Notes: generated from the sequence alone by a model not told the origin. Shown: positions 32,964 to 44,182, numbered from the stretch's first letter. The stretch is DNA of 64,000 bases from an uncultured Butyricicoccus sp. (GCA_959018045.1 CAUEJN010000002.1:3577-67576), one strand, 5' to 3'. A program made the numbers and translations.

Positions 32964-34340
32964 ATGAAAGAAAGAGAAAAGTTTAGTTCCAGACTGGGTT
33001 TCATCCTGATCTCTGCCGGATGTGCCATTGGCCTGGGCAACGTTTGGCGCTTTCCGTACATCACCGGCCAGTATGGTGGTGCAGCCTTCGTGCTCATCTA
33101 CCTGCTGTTCCTGCTGATTCTCGGACTACCCATCATGGTTATGGAGTTCTCGGTCGGCCGAGCAAGTCAGCTCTCCGCCGCCCGCTCGTTCCATGAGCTC
33201 GAACCCAAGGGCAGTAAATGGCACCTGTACAGCTACGGCGCGATGCTCGGCAACTACCTGCTCATGGCGTTTTATACCACCGTCGGCGGCTGGCTGATCG
33301 CCTATGTCTATAAGATGGTCAAGGGCGAGTTCGTCAACGTCGATCCGGGCTATATCACCGGCTCGTTCAGTACCATGCTGCAAAGCCCGGGCTATATGAC
33401 CATCTGCATGGCAATCGTCGTCCTGGCTTGCTTCGCGGTCTGCTCGTTCGGCCTGCGCGGCGGTGTCGAGAAGATCAATAAAATGCTCATGCTCGGCCTG
33501 CTCGCTATCATTATCGTGCTGGTGTTCCGCTCGGTCACCCTGGACGGCGCAGCCGCTGGCTTGGAATTCTATTTGAAGCCCGATTTCTCCAAGCTGTACG
33601 AGGCAAAGGGCGGCCTGTTCGAGTCCATCTTTGCCGCGATGGGTCAGGCATTCTTCACCCTGTCGCTTGGCATCGGCGCACTGGCAATTTTCGGCTCGTA
33701 TATTGACAAGCAGCGCTCGCTGACCGGAGAAGCAATCTCCATCACTATTCTGGATACCTTTGTTGCACTGATGGCGGGCATGATTATCTTCCCGGCCTGC
33801 TCGGCCTTCGGCATCCAGGCAGACTCCGGCCCGAACCTGCTGTTCATCACCCTGCCCAATATCTTCAACAAGATGGCAGGCGGACGCATCTGGGGCACGC
33901 TGTTCTTCATGTTCATGGCAGCGGCTGCCTTCACGACCATCATCGCTGTATTCGAGAACATCATCTCGTTTGCGATTGACCTGTGGGGCTGGAGCCGTAA
34001 GAAGGCAATCATCTTCAATCTGTTCTTTGTCCTGATCATCTCCATGCCGTGTATTCTGGGCTTCAATCTGTGGAGCGGATTCCAGGTACCGCACGTGGGC
34101 AACATTCAGGATCTGGAGGACTTCATTGTCTCGAATAACCTGCTGCCGCTGGGTTCTGTGGTCTATCTGCTGTTCTGCACCTCGCGTTACGGCTGGGGCT
34201 GGAAGAACTTCATCGAGGAGGCAGACACGGGCAACGGCCTGAAGTTCCCGCACAAGCTGCGGTTCTACTTCACCTGGATTCTGCCGCTGATCGTGCTGTT
34301 TATCTTCGTGATGGGCTACATCCAGAAGTTCGGCGTATAA
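32964..34340 (+). CDS. Sodium-dependent transporter, NSS family
   Basis: GCAIGLGNVWRFPY, QAFFTLSLG. Confidence 0.95.
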   Translation: MKEREKFSSRLGFILISAGCAIGLGNVWRFPYITGQYGGAAFVLIYLLFLLILGLPIMVMEFSVGRASQLSAARSFHELEPKGSKWHLYSYGAMLGNYLLMAFYTTVGGWLIAYVYKMVKGEFVNVDPGYITGSFSTMLQSPGYMTICMAIVVLACFAVCSFGLRGGVEKINKMLMLGLLAIIIVLVFRSVTLDGAAAGLEFYLKPDFSKLYEAKGGLFESIFAAMGQAFFTLSLGIGALAIFGSYIDKQRSLTGEAISITILDTFVALMAGMIIFPACSAFGIQADSGPNLLFITLPNIFNKMAGGRIWGTLFFMFMAAAAFTTIIAVFENIISFAIDLWGWSRKKAIIFNLFFVLIISMPCILGFNLWSGFQVPHVGNIQDLEDFIVSNNLLPLGSVVYLLFCTSRYGWGWKNFIEEADTGNGLKFPHKLRFYFTWILPLIVLFIFVMGYIQKFGV

Positions 34341-34426
34341 TCGAGCACATCAAGCGTTACATTGAACTTGAACATACGCAGGAGTGTGTTCCCTGCGGAT
34401 GTTTTGTATACTGAGAGGAAAAAACT

Positions 34427-35797
34427 ATGCAAAATCGAGAGACCTTCGGCTCGCGACTGGGCTTTATTCTGATCTCTGCGGGCTGTGCAATCGGCCTAGG
34501 CAACGTTTGGCGTTTCCCGTACATCACGGGCAAGTACGGCGGAGCGGCATTTATCCTGCTGTACCTAGCATTTTTGCTATTGTTCGGCATTCCGGTTATG
34601 ACGATGGAATTTTCGGTCGGACGCGCGTCGCGCCGGTCGATCTCGCGCTCGTTCCACGAGCTCGAACCTAAGGGCACGAAGTGGCATTGGTGGAGCTTCT
34701 TCGGCATCGCGGGCAATATCATCCTGATGATGTTCTACACCACCATTGCAGGCTGGATGTTCATTTACTTCTATAAGTACGTTGCCGGTTCGTTCTCGTC
34801 CATGAGCGCAGCCGAAGTCGGACAGGCGTTTGAGAAGATGACCGGTGACCCGGTCGTCAGCACGATTGCAATGGGTATCGCCGTCGTTCTGGGCTTTGTG
34901 GTGTGCTCGCTGGGCGTTAAGGAAGGCGTTGAGGCGGTCAATAAGAAGATGATGGCGCTGCTGATTGTGCTGATGGCAGTGCTGGCTATCCGTTCCATCA
35001 CGCTTGACGGCGCACAGGCCGGCTTGCAGTACTACCTCATCCCGGATTTCAGCAAGATTACCGAGAACGGTGTTTGGAACGTCATGTATCAGGCCATGAG
35101 CCAGGCATTCTTCACCCTGTCGGTCGGCATGGGCGGCATGGCGATTTTCGGCTCGTACATCGGCCGCGAGCGCTCGCTGCTTGGTGAGTCCATCAACGTT
35201 GCCGCACTCGATACCTTTGTCGCACTGTGCTCCGGTTTGATCGTCATTCCGGCATGCTTTGCCTTTGACGTAGACCCGGGTTCCGGCCCCCCGCTCATCT
35301 TCATCACCCTGCCAAGCGTGTTCGAGCAGATGCCGGGCGGTCGCTTCTGGGGCGCACTGTTCTTCCTGTTTATGATCTTCGCGGCCATGTCCACGGTCAT
35401 CGGCGTTATGGAAAACATCATTTCCTGCTTTACCGACCTGTTCCCGAATCTGTCGCGTAAGAAAATGTGTCTGATCGGCGCCATCGGTCTGTTTATCCTG
35501 TCGCTTCCGGCTGTTCTGGGCTTCAACCTGTGGAGCGATGTCCAGCTGCTCGGCGGCAATATCCTGGATTTCGAGGATTTCCTCGTATCCAATAACATCC
35601 TGCCCATCGGCTCGTGCATTTACGTCCTGTTCTGCTGCCTGAAGAACGGCTGGGGCTGGAATAACTTCATGGCTGAGGCAAATAGCGGTAAGGGTCGAAA
35701 GTTCCCGAATTGGGCGAGAGGTTATTGCACAGTCGTCGTCCCGATCGCGATTGTGGTGATTCTGGTCATGGGCTATATCACCAAGTTTGCGGGTTAA
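34427..35797 (+). CDS. Sodium-dependent transporter, NSS family (tandem paralog)
   Basis: GCAIGLGNVWRFPY, QAFFTLSVG. Confidence 0.95.
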   Translation: MQNRETFGSRLGFILISAGCAIGLGNVWRFPYITGKYGGAAFILLYLAFLLLFGIPVMTMEFSVGRASRRSISRSFHELEPKGTKWHWWSFFGIAGNIILMMFYTTIAGWMFIYFYKYVAGSFSSMSAAEVGQAFEKMTGDPVVSTIAMGIAVVLGFVVCSLGVKEGVEAVNKKMMALLIVLMAVLAIRSITLDGAQAGLQYYLIPDFSKITENGVWNVMYQAMSQAFFTLSVGMGGMAIFGSYIGRERSLLGESINVAALDTFVALCSGLIVIPACFAFDVDPGSGPPLIFITLPSVFEQMPGGRFWGALFFLFMIFAAMSTVIGVMENIISCFTDLFPNLSRKKMCLIGAIGLFILSLPAVLGFNLWSDVQLLGGNILDFEDFLVSNNILPIGSCIYVLFCCLKNGWGWNNFMAEANSGKGRKFPNWARGYCTVVVPIAIVVILVMGYITKFAG

Positions 35798-35806
35798 GGA
35801 AGAAAA

Positions 35807-36158
35807 CCCGCCCGCAGGCGAAACTCGGGTCCGGGCCTGAGGCCCGGCGCGGTCCAGCCGCGTAGGCTGGCCGCCGTCCGCAGACGGCGGAATCTCCTCT
35901 TGAAACCCGGTGTCCGCCCCGGGTTTCAACTAAAACAAACAAAAAAGAAAGACCACCCGATAGGGTGGTCTTTCTCATGAGCGCACTTTGTGCGCGGAGT
36001 ATTGCGCATCCTGCGGGATGCGCTTTTTCTTTTTATTTTTGTTGATTTTCGCAAGGCGAAAATCAAAAGGGGGATTCCGTGTCCTGCGGGACACGGCTCA
36101 GGACTCTGCCCTGAGAACCCGCAAGCCTTTCGAGAAAGGCTTGAGCGAAAGCTTCATT
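35807..36158. repeat. Modular hairpin repeat copy R9 (two inverted arms)
   Basis: Alternative first module GGGTCCGGGCC..GGCCCGG / CCAGCC..GGCTGG, otherwise standard modules. Confidence 0.95.
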
Positions 36159-36181
36159 TGTCCTTCTCCCCTTTTGCGATC

Positions 36182-37558
36182 TTAGTCGCGATAGAACGCG
36201 CCAAATCCTAGATAAGTCATATACAGATCGTGCTTGGAAATGGTCTCGAACGGTGCGTGCATGGACAGAACCGGAACACCAGCGTCAACCGTGTCAATGT
36301 TACGGTTTGCAAGATACATAGCGACCGTTCCGCCGCCGCCCTGATCGACACGACCGAGCTGACCGGTCTGCCAGGTGATGCCGGCACCGTCCAGAATGCA
36401 GCGCACCTGCGCCATCAGCTCAGCGGAAGCGTCCGAAGTGCCACTCTTGCCGCGCGCGCCGGTGTACTTGATGATTGCCATACCGCAGCCGATGCGGGCA
36501 TCGTTGCGGCCCTCGGAAACCTCGGGGAAATTGGGGTCGAATGCGTTGCAAACGTCAGCCGACAGGCAGATAGAATGCTCATAGCACTCGTCGGGCAGGA
36601 CGTTCTGCACACGGCACAGATCACCGAGGAAGGTGTCGAAGTGACGGCTCTGCATGCCGGTCACGCCGTCCGAGCCGATCTCTTCCTTGTCAACGAGCAG
36701 GCACAGATTGGTGTGTACCGGGGTCTCGTCGGCGTTGAGCAGCGCGGTCGCAGCCGGATAGGAGCAAACGCGGTCGTCGTGACCGTAAGCACCGATAAAC
36801 GAACGGTCGAAGCCGATGTCGCAGGCGTTGAATGCCGGAACGCAGGACAGCTCAGCAGACAGGAAATCAGCCTCGGTCATGCCGTATTCTGCGTTCAGGT
36901 ACTCCAGAATGGCGCGCTTGACGCGATCCTTGTCGCCATCTGCGCTGTTTTCGCTCGGGAACGAGCCGAGCAGTACGTTCATGTTCTCGGCCTTGATGAC
37001 CTCAGTTGCCTTCTTGCCCATCTGCTCGCTTGCCAGATGGGGCAGCAGATCGGTGATGACGAACTTGGGGTCACCGGGCTTGTTGCCGACGTGAACGGGT
37101 ACACGCTCGACCTTGCCGTCGCGGCAGACGCAGACCACGCCGCGCAGCTCGAGCGGGATGGCCAGCCAGTGGTATTTCTTGATCCCGCCGTAGTAGTGGG
37201 TCTTGAAGTAGGCCATGCCGTCCTGTTCATAGAGCGGAATGGTGCGGATATCGATGCGGGGCGCATCCAGATGGGCAGCGGTCAGACGAACGCCGTCGGA
37301 CAGCGGAGCCGTGCCGATGTGTGCCAGAATGATGCCCTTGTAGCGGTTGATCTGGTAGAACTTGTCGCCGGGATTGACCGCCATACCGCGGACATAGGCC
37401 TTGTAGCCCTTGGCCTCAGCCATGCGTACAATGGCGTTGACCGCGTCGCGCTCGGTCTTGCCCTCGTCGAGGAATGCCTTGTAGCCCTCGGCATAGTCCA
37501 TGCAAGCCTTTTTGTCGAGCTTGTCATAGCCCGGCTTTTTGTCATAGAACAGTTCCAT
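36182..37558 (-). CDS. M18-family aminopeptidase
   Basis: AHLDAPR, HYYGGIKKY, DDRVC, DKEEIGS, SMHAP. Confidence 0.92.
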   Translation of the reverse strand: MELFYDKKPGYDKLDKKACMDYAEGYKAFLDEGKTERDAVNAIVRMAEAKGYKAYVRGMAVNPGDKFYQINRYKGIILAHIGTAPLSDGVRLTAAHLDAPRIDIRTIPLYEQDGMAYFKTHYYGGIKKYHWLAIPLELRGVVCVCRDGKVERVPVHVGNKPGDPKFVITDLLPHLASEQMGKKATEVIKAENMNVLLGSFPSENSADGDKDRVKRAILEYLNAEYGMTEADFLSAELSCVPAFNACDIGFDRSFIGAYGHDDRVCSYPAATALLNADETPVHTNLCLLVDKEEIGSDGVTGMQSRHFDTFLGDLCRVQNVLPDECYEHSICLSADVCNAFDPNFPEVSEGRNDARIGCGMAIIKYTGARGKSGTSDASAELMAQVRCILDGAGITWQTGQLGRVDQGGGGTVAMYLANRNIDTVDAGVPVLSMHAPFETISKHDLYMTYLGFGAFYRD

Positions 37559-37614
37559 AGTGGTGATGCTCCTTTTATGGGTAGAAAAATTGGTTGTAAG
37601 AACGAATTAGCAAA

Positions 37615-38118
37615 TTTCGCGGAGCGAAATTCCGGGATTCCAAAGGGACGCGTCCCTTTGGTTCGTCCAGGTGAAACCTGGCCGAGCCCGCAGGCTCGAA
37701 AAGCTCCTCTTGATTCCGGCCAGAGGCGGAATCAACAAAAAATAATTCAAAGCGCCGCCCGCAGGCGCGCAACTCCCCTGCGCGCTAGGCGCGCTCATGG
37801 AAACCGTTCCTGCGGGAACGGTTTACCCATCCCCTGCCCTCCTTGCACACCCTTCATTTGAAAGACCACAGTCAGGACGCGGGTGGGAAACCCAATCCGC
37901 TGGATTGGGTTTCCATGAGCGCACTTCGTGCGCGGAGTATTTCGCGTCCTGCGGGACGCGATTATTTTTTTGTTTTGGTTGATTTTCCCTTGCGGGGGAC
38001 GGGAAAATCAAAAGGGGATTCCGGACTCTGCGGAGTCCGGCCAGCCTGCGCGGCTGGATCGCGCCGGGTCGCAGACCCGGACCCGCTTGTCGCCTGCGGG
38101 CGGGAATGGATGCGGTGT
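37615..38118. repeat. Modular hairpin repeat copy R10 (two arms with central linker)
   Basis: Standard modules; right end reads CACCGCATCCATTCCCGCCCGCAGGCG on the minus strand. Confidence 0.95.
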
Positions 38119-38128
38119 TAGGCGGGAT

Positions 38129-38716
38129 TCAGCGCAGTTTATCGCACAGGCTCTCGACCTGTTGTTTAAGATCTTCGAGACTTCCGTTATTTTCCAGCAC
38201 AAAATCGCATTTTGCGCGATAAAATGCTTCATCCGGCTGCGCGTCAATGCGTGCTGCGGCGGCAGTTTCGCTCAGACCATCGCGCTGCATGATGCGTTGG
38301 ATGCGGGTCTCACGGGCTGCGATGATGCCGATGACCGCGTCACACGAGCGGTCGAACCCGGTTTGAAACAGTGTGGGTGCGTCGTAGAGGATGCGGCCGA
38401 TGCCCTGCTCTGCCAGCTTGTGAAACTCCTGCTGACTCGCCTGCCAGATGTGGGGAGTGGTGATGTCACCCAGCTGTGTCAGGCGTGCGGGGTCAGAAAA
38501 GACAACGCTTGCCAGTTTGGGGCGGTCGAGCGCACCCTCTGGGGTCAGGATGTCCCCAAAAGCGAGATGTAATGCATCGAGCAGGGCGCTGCCGGGGACG
38601 CACAGACCGCGATAGACCGCGTCGGCATCCACCCAGCCGAAGCCGTTTTGGACGAGTAATGCAGCGGCGGCACTTTTTCCCGCGCCCGAACCGCCGGTCA
38701 GACCATAAATTTTCAT
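38129..38716 (-). CDS. coaE: Dephospho-CoA kinase
   Basis: GLTGGSGAGKS, DAD, LDRPKLA, RIMQRD; start reassigned to MKIYG. Confidence 0.92.
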   Translation of the reverse strand: MKIYGLTGGSGAGKSAAAALLVQNGFGWVDADAVYRGLCVPGSALLDALHLAFGDILTPEGALDRPKLASVVFSDPARLTQLGDITTPHIWQASQQEFHKLAEQGIGRILYDAPTLFQTGFDRSCDAVIGIIAARETRIQRIMQRDGLSETAAAARIDAQPDEAFYRAKCDFVLENNGSLEDLKQQVESLCDKLR

Positions 38717-38720
38717 GGTG

Positions 38721-39752
38721 TTACACCTCGATGACGTGGAAACCGGCAGCTTTTTTGAGACGATTGGCAACGGCCAGACCGATGCCCGAGTCGTCGGGAC
38801 ACTGGGCAAAGATGGCGGTCACGTCGGTTTCGTCGAAGGCACGCAGCGCGTCGAAGATGGCGTGCGCCTGTGCGGCCTGATCGTCCGAACGGCCGATGGT
38901 GCGCACAATGTGACCGGGGAAACAGTCAGCGAACTCGTCGAAGCAGATGACACCCGATTGACCGGTCAGCTGCGAGGCGATGTAAGCCGCACCCTTTTCC
39001 GGGTCGCCGCAGACGGCGGTTACCGGTGCATGGGGTGCATAGTGGCGGTACTTCATGCCGGGTGCGGAGACGCGCACGTCGTCACCGATCTGCTCGCGCA
39101 CGGCGCGGTCGACTTCGACCGAACCGAGGACGGCTTCGAGTTGTTCGAGCGAGATACCGCCCGGACGGAGCAGACGGGGCTTGTCTCCGGCGAGGGAAAT
39201 GACGGTGGATTCCACGCCGACCGCGCACGCGCCGCCGTCCACAACGGCTGCGATCTTGCCCGACATGTCTTCCATGACGTGCGCTGCGGTGGTAGTGGAG
39301 GGACGGCCGGAGGTGTTGGCCGAGGGCGCGGCGATGGGTACGCCTGCGGCGCGGATGACCGCGCGAGCGACCGGATGGGAGGGCAGACGGATGCCGACCG
39401 TGTCAAGACCGGCCGAGACTTCGACCGGGATGCGGTCGGACTTGGGTAAAATGATGGTCATGGGGCCGGGCCAGTAGGCGTCGGCCAGACGGCGGGCGGC
39501 CTCGGGAACATCTTCGACCAGCGGATAGATCTGGTCGAAGTCCGCGATGTGAACGATCAGTGGGTTATCCATCGGACGACCCTTTGCGGCGAAGATCTGG
39601 CGCACGGCGTTCCCATCGAGCGCGTTCGCGCCCAGACCGTATACGGTTTCGGTGGGAATGCCGACGACCTGCCCGCTTGCCAGCATTGCACCGGCCTGTT
39701 CAATCGCGCCCGCATCCTCGGGATGCAGAAGCAAGGTATTCATAGCATACAC
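38721..39752 (-). CDS. sua5: L-threonylcarbamoyladenylate synthase (Sua5)
   Basis: PTETVYGLGA, KGRPMDNPLIVH, APSANTSG, PGMKYRHYAP. Confidence 0.95.
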   Translation of the reverse strand: MYAMNTLLLHPEDAGAIEQAGAMLASGQVVGIPTETVYGLGANALDGNAVRQIFAAKGRPMDNPLIVHIADFDQIYPLVEDVPEAARRLADAYWPGPMTIILPKSDRIPVEVSAGLDTVGIRLPSHPVARAVIRAAGVPIAAPSANTSGRPSTTTAAHVMEDMSGKIAAVVDGGACAVGVESTVISLAGDKPRLLRPGGISLEQLEAVLGSVEVDRAVREQIGDDVRVSAPGMKYRHYAPHAPVTAVCGDPEKGAAYIASQLTGQSGVICFDEFADCFPGHIVRTIGRSDDQAAQAHAIFDALRAFDETDVTAIFAQCPDDSGIGLAVANRLKKAAGFHVIEV

Positions 39753-39792
39753 TTCCTGTTATGGTAAGATAAAATAATACAATAAGTTTAGG

Positions 39793-40857
39793 TTAACTTT
39801 CTTCCTGCGCCTGTAATTTGCGGGCGGTGTCGGCGGTGATGAGCGCGTCAAGGACTTCGTCGAGGTCGCCGTCCATGAACTGGGACAGCTTGTAGATGGT
39901 GAGCTTGATGCGGTGATCGGAGACGCGGTTTTCCGGGAAATTGTACGTGCGGATGCGTTCGGAGCGGTCACCGGTGCCGACCTGCGCCTTTCGCTCGGCT
40001 GCGATGGCAGCGTTCTGCTTTTCGCATTCTGCCTCGTACAGACGGGTGCGCAGCACGCGCATGGCCTTGTCACGGTTTTTGTGCTGGCTGCGCTCGTCCT
40101 GACACTCGACCACCGTGCCGGTGGGCAGATGGGTGATGCGGATGGCAGACTCGGTCTTGTTGATGTGCTGACCACCCGCACCGGACGAGCGGAAGGTGTC
40201 GATCTTGAGGTCGGCGGGGTTGATCTGGAAGTCGACCTCCTCGGCCTCGGGGAGCACAGCGACGGTGACGGTCGAGGTGTGTACACGACCCTGGCTCTCG
40301 GTTTCGGGGACGCGCTGCACGCGGTGTACACCCGACTCGAATTTCAGACGGGAGTATACGCCATCGCCCGAAATCTGGAATACAACTTCCTTGCATCCCC
40401 CGAGTTCGGTCTGATTGATGGACAGAATTTCCACCTGCCAGCCGCGCTTTTCGGCGTACATGGAGTACATGCGGAAGAGTGAGTGCGCGAACAGTGCCGA
40501 CTCCTCGCCGCCCGCACCGCCGCGAATCTCGACGATGATGTTCTTGTCATCATTGGGGTCACGGGGCAGGAGTAAGATCTTGAGTTCTTCTTCGAGCTGC
40601 TGCACACGAGCTTGCGCCTCGGATAATTCCTCCTGCGCGAAGTCACGCAGCTCGGGATCGCGCATCAGCTCCTGCGCCTCGTCGATCGTGCGCAGCGCAT
40701 CCTCGCGTGCACGGATGGCGTGAACGATGGGCTCTAAGCGATTGCGTTCTTTGAGGAGTTTTGCCGCTGCTGCGGGGTCATCGTAAAGACCGGGCGCAGA
40801 CAGACGGGCTTCGACCTCGTCAAAGCGTGCGACCAGAGCGCTGAGTTTATCGAGCAT
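39793..40857 (-). CDS. prfA: Peptide chain release factor 1
   Basis: GGQ motif, HRVQRVPET (PxT), RIRTYNFP; start MLDKL. Confidence 0.97.
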   Translation of the reverse strand: MLDKLSALVARFDEVEARLSAPGLYDDPAAAAKLLKERNRLEPIVHAIRAREDALRTIDEAQELMRDPELRDFAQEELSEAQARVQQLEEELKILLLPRDPNDDKNIIVEIRGGAGGEESALFAHSLFRMYSMYAEKRGWQVEILSINQTELGGCKEVVFQISGDGVYSRLKFESGVHRVQRVPETESQGRVHTSTVTVAVLPEAEEVDFQINPADLKIDTFRSSGAGGQHINKTESAIRITHLPTGTVVECQDERSQHKNRDKAMRVLRTRLYEAECEKQNAAIAAERKAQVGTGDRSERIRTYNFPENRVSDHRIKLTIYKLSQFMDGDLDEVLDALITADTARKLQAQEES

Positions 40858-40901
40858 AGAAAAAAACCTCTTGTCGTGGATTGAAAAAACGTAGTTGCGG
40901 A

Positions 40902-41441
40902 AAGCACCGCAGCGATTCCCGGCCGCAGCCGACAATCGGGTCCGGGCCCGTGGCCCGGCGCAGTCCAGGCGCGTAGCCTGGCCCGTCCAGGTGGAACCTG
41001 GCCGCCGTCCGCAGACGGCGGAATTCCTTATTGAAACCCGGTGTCCGACCCGGGTTTCAACAAAAAAATAATTCAAAGCGCCGCCCGCAGGCGGCAAGAC
41101 TCTCTGCGCGCCAGGCGCGCTCATGGAATCCGTTCCCACGGGAACGGATTCCCCAACCCTCTGCCCTTTCTGCGCACCCTCCGTTTGAAAGACCGCAGGC
41201 AGGATGTGGGTGGGAAAACCGATCCGTCGGATTGGTTTTCCATGAGCGCACTTTGTGCGCGGAGTATTTCGCTCGCTGAGGCGAGCGATAAAAACGAAAG
41301 TTAAGTTGATTTTCCCTTGCGGGGGACGGGAAAATCAAAGGGGAATTTCGCCGTCTGCGGACGGCGACTCAGGGCTCTGCCCTGAGAACCCGCAAACCTT
41401 TGAAAAGGTTTGATCCAAACTTCAATGATTGGTGCGGTGCT
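40902..41441. repeat. Modular hairpin repeat copy R11 (two arms with central linker)
   Basis: AGCACCGCA at left end, TGCGGTGCT at right end; standard modules. Confidence 0.95.
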
Positions 41442-41446
41442 ATTCC

Positions 41447-42202
41447 TTAAAAATACCGACCCGTCAAGATCAGTCCCAAGGTCGAGCAATATTCCCGCAT
41501 GTGGGACGCGGCGGCGAGGGGCAGATTGGGGACGGGAGCGGGCACGCCGTAGGGATCGAGTCCGGCCTGCTCCATGAGCTTACGTGCGCGGGCGAGGTGG
41601 AAATCGCTGGAGATGACCGCGCAGCGGGACTCTTCCAGCGGATAGAGCGCCTTTGCATTCGCGATATTTTGAATGGTATTGCGGGACTTGTCCTCGATCA
41701 GCAGGCGGTCGGGGTCGGTGCCCAGCGTTTCGATCATATATTGCCGCATCATGTGCGACTCGGGCATGGGTTCATTGGTGCCCTGACCGCCGCACAGGAT
41801 GGCGATGGTGTCCGGGTGCTCGTCCAGAAACTCATCTGCGGTTTTGAGTCGTTCGATGAGCGCATCGGACGGACGATCCTGCAAGATGTGTGCACCGAGG
41901 ACGAGCACATACTGTGCCTCATCGGCTTCGGGGTCGGCGTGTTCGCCGCTGATGATTAAGCCCTGAATGCACACGAATGACACACAGAACAGGGTGAACA
42001 GCACGCGGCCGACTTGTGCCACGACGTGTGCACCACGATGACGTCGACCTAGCCAGACCATCCATCCTTCGCCTGCACAGCATACGCCGAGGCCGCACAG
42101 GAAGTATCCGCCGAAGCGAATCGGTGAGGATGGAAGGAAAAACAAGCCAGGCACAAACAGTATAACAGCTAAAATCAGCCAAAATCTAGAACTTTTCCAC
42201 AT
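41447..42202 (-). CDS. YdcF/DUF218 (ElyC/SanA-like) membrane protein
   Basis: VLGA, CGGQG..E, EDKSRNTIQN, SSDFHLARA; three N-terminal TM helices. Confidence 0.88.
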   Translation of the reverse strand: MWKSSRFWLILAVILFVPGLFFLPSSPIRFGGYFLCGLGVCCAGEGWMVWLGRRHRGAHVVAQVGRVLFTLFCVSFVCIQGLIISGEHADPEADEAQYVLVLGAHILQDRPSDALIERLKTADEFLDEHPDTIAILCGGQGTNEPMPESHMMRQYMIETLGTDPDRLLIEDKSRNTIQNIANAKALYPLEESRCAVISSDFHLARARKLMEQAGLDPYGVPAPVPNLPLAAASHMREYCSTLGLILTGRYF

Positions 42203-42295
42203 GGCAAAACCTCTCTCGTGTGCACGCTGGAGCATGTGCACATAGGCAGAACACAGAAGGCTGAGAGATCATGTGCACATCGTGTGCACATGGCA

Positions 42296-44182
42296 TCACT
42301 CAATCTGTGCCGCCAGTTCTTCCCACTGTGCCATCTTGTCCATGAGCTGTGTCTCAGCGTCGTCGCGCTCGTGCATCAGCTCCATGAGCTTACCGGCATC
42401 CGCGCCGCACGCGGCCATCTCGTTCTCGAGTGCGCTCATGCGCTCCTCGAGCTGGGAGATTTCGCGCTCGAGCACGGCGACCTTCTTCGCGATGTTCTTG
42501 GTACCGCCCTTGGGCTTGGGTTTCTCCTGTTTTTCGGCCTTTTTGGGGGTCTCGACCACGCTGGACGCGGCCTGTTCGGCCTTTTGGCGTTCGCGGTAGG
42601 CCAGAAACGCCTCGTAATTGCCGGTAAAGTCGGTATACGTACCGTTTTCCAGGTAAATGATGCGGGTGGCGAAGCGGGAGACGAAATAGCGGTCGTGGCT
42701 GACGAAGAGCAGCGTGCCGGTGAACGCCTCGACAGCTTCCTCGATCCATTCGCGGCTCATGAGGTCTAGATGGTTGGTGGGCTCGTCGAGTACGAGCATG
42801 TTGAGCGGGTCGTACATCAGCTCGCACAGGCGCAGACGGCTTTTTTCGCCGCCCGACAGCGTGCGCACGATCTTGAGCTGATCCTCGCCCGAGAAGCGGA
42901 ACGCGCCCAGACGGTTGCGGGCGGTCTGCATGGTGACGTTTTTGTCGTAAATGAGGGTGTCGATCAGGTTTCTGCCCTCGTTTGCGAAGTGCACCTGCTG
43001 GGGCAGGTAGGCCGGACGCAGACCCTGACCCTTTTTGATCACGCCCTCGTCGGCGGTCTCGTCGCCCAGGATGATGCGCAGCAGGGTGGTTTTGCCCGCG
43101 CCGTTGTCGCCCAGAATGGCGACGCGCTCGCCGTTGTGCACGTTGAATGTTACGTTCTGTAATATTCTCCGGCCATCATAACTTTTCGTAATACCGCGAA
43201 CCTTGAGCACGTCCTCGGTCTCGTAGTTGGGGTCACCGAAGGAGACCGACATTTTCTTGTCCTTCCTGGGGCGATCGGTGACCTTCATGCGTGCGATGCG
43301 CTTTTCGATGGACGCAGCGCGCTTGGCCAGCTTTTCGGTGCCGTGCTCGTGCATCTTGCGTGCAGTGGTTTCCAGACGCTTGAGCTCGGCCATCTGGTTT
43401 TCGTGCTCGGCCATGCGCTGCTCGTAGCGGCGCTCGCGCTCCTCTGCATAATAGGAGTACGACCCGGCGTAGAAATCGCAGGTGGTGTCGTGGATTTCGA
43501 TGATGCGGTCGCAGCACTGGTCGAGGAAGTAGCGGTCATGGGAGACGGTGACGACCGTGCCCGTGTACGTTTCCAGATAATCGCCCAGCCAGCGCACCGC
43601 GTCCAGGTCTAAGTGGTTGGTCGGCTCGTCGAGCAGCAGGATGTCAGTCTGCTCCAGGATGATGCGCGCCAGATTGACGCGGGTCTTTTCACCGCCGGAC
43701 AGCTGGGAAAAGAGCTGCGTGCGCTGTGCACGCGGGATTTCCAGACCGTTGCACACCTTATCGACCTCGAAATCGTGGTCGTAACCGCCGAGCGCGTCCA
43801 GTTTCTGCTGGAGCGCACCGTAGCGATGCAGCAGGCTGTCGTTGTCGGGGTGCTGCTCCATCTGGGCTTCCAGCTCGTCCATCGCCGCGCGCACCTCGTG
43901 TGCACGGGCAAAGGCCGTGCGCAGCACGTCCTCGACGGTGGCGGCGGGGTCGTAGACCGGCATCTGGTCGATGACACCGACCGTGCGACCCGCACCGATG
44001 GAGACGTGACCGTCGTCGTAGGGCAGACGGCCGGCGATGATGTGCAGGAGCGTGGTTTTGCCCGCACCGTTCGGCCCTAAGATGGCGACTTTCTCACCCG
44101 GCTGGATGTCGAAATTGAGGCCGGACAGGATGAGGCGGTCGCCGTAGTATTTTGTCAGATTTTGTATGGTAATATCAGCCAA
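42296..44182 (-). CDS. ABC-F family ATPase
   Basis: Two ABC cassettes (GPNGAGKT, LSGGE, DEPTNHLD twice), no TM segments, C-terminal coiled extension; TTG start after GGAGGG. Confidence 0.93.
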   Translation of the reverse strand: MADITIQNLTKYYGDRLILSGLNFDIQPGEKVAILGPNGAGKTTLLHIIAGRLPYDDGHVSIGAGRTVGVIDQMPVYDPAATVEDVLRTAFARAHEVRAAMDELEAQMEQHPDNDSLLHRYGALQQKLDALGGYDHDFEVDKVCNGLEIPRAQRTQLFSQLSGGEKTRVNLARIILEQTDILLLDEPTNHLDLDAVRWLGDYLETYTGTVVTVSHDRYFLDQCCDRIIEIHDTTCDFYAGSYSYYAEERERRYEQRMAEHENQMAELKRLETTARKMHEHGTEKLAKRAASIEKRIARMKVTDRPRKDKKMSVSFGDPNYETEDVLKVRGITKSYDGRRILQNVTFNVHNGERVAILGDNGAGKTTLLRIILGDETADEGVIKKGQGLRPAYLPQQVHFANEGRNLIDTLIYDKNVTMQTARNRLGAFRFSGEDQLKIVRTLSGGEKSRLRLCELMYDPLNMLVLDEPTNHLDLMSREWIEEAVEAFTGTLLFVSHDRYFVSRFATRIIYLENGTYTDFTGNYEAFLAYRERQKAEQAASSVVETPKKAEKQEKPKPKGGTKNIAKKVAVLEREISQLEERMSALENEMAACGADAGKLMELMHERDDAETQLMDKMAQWEELAAQIE

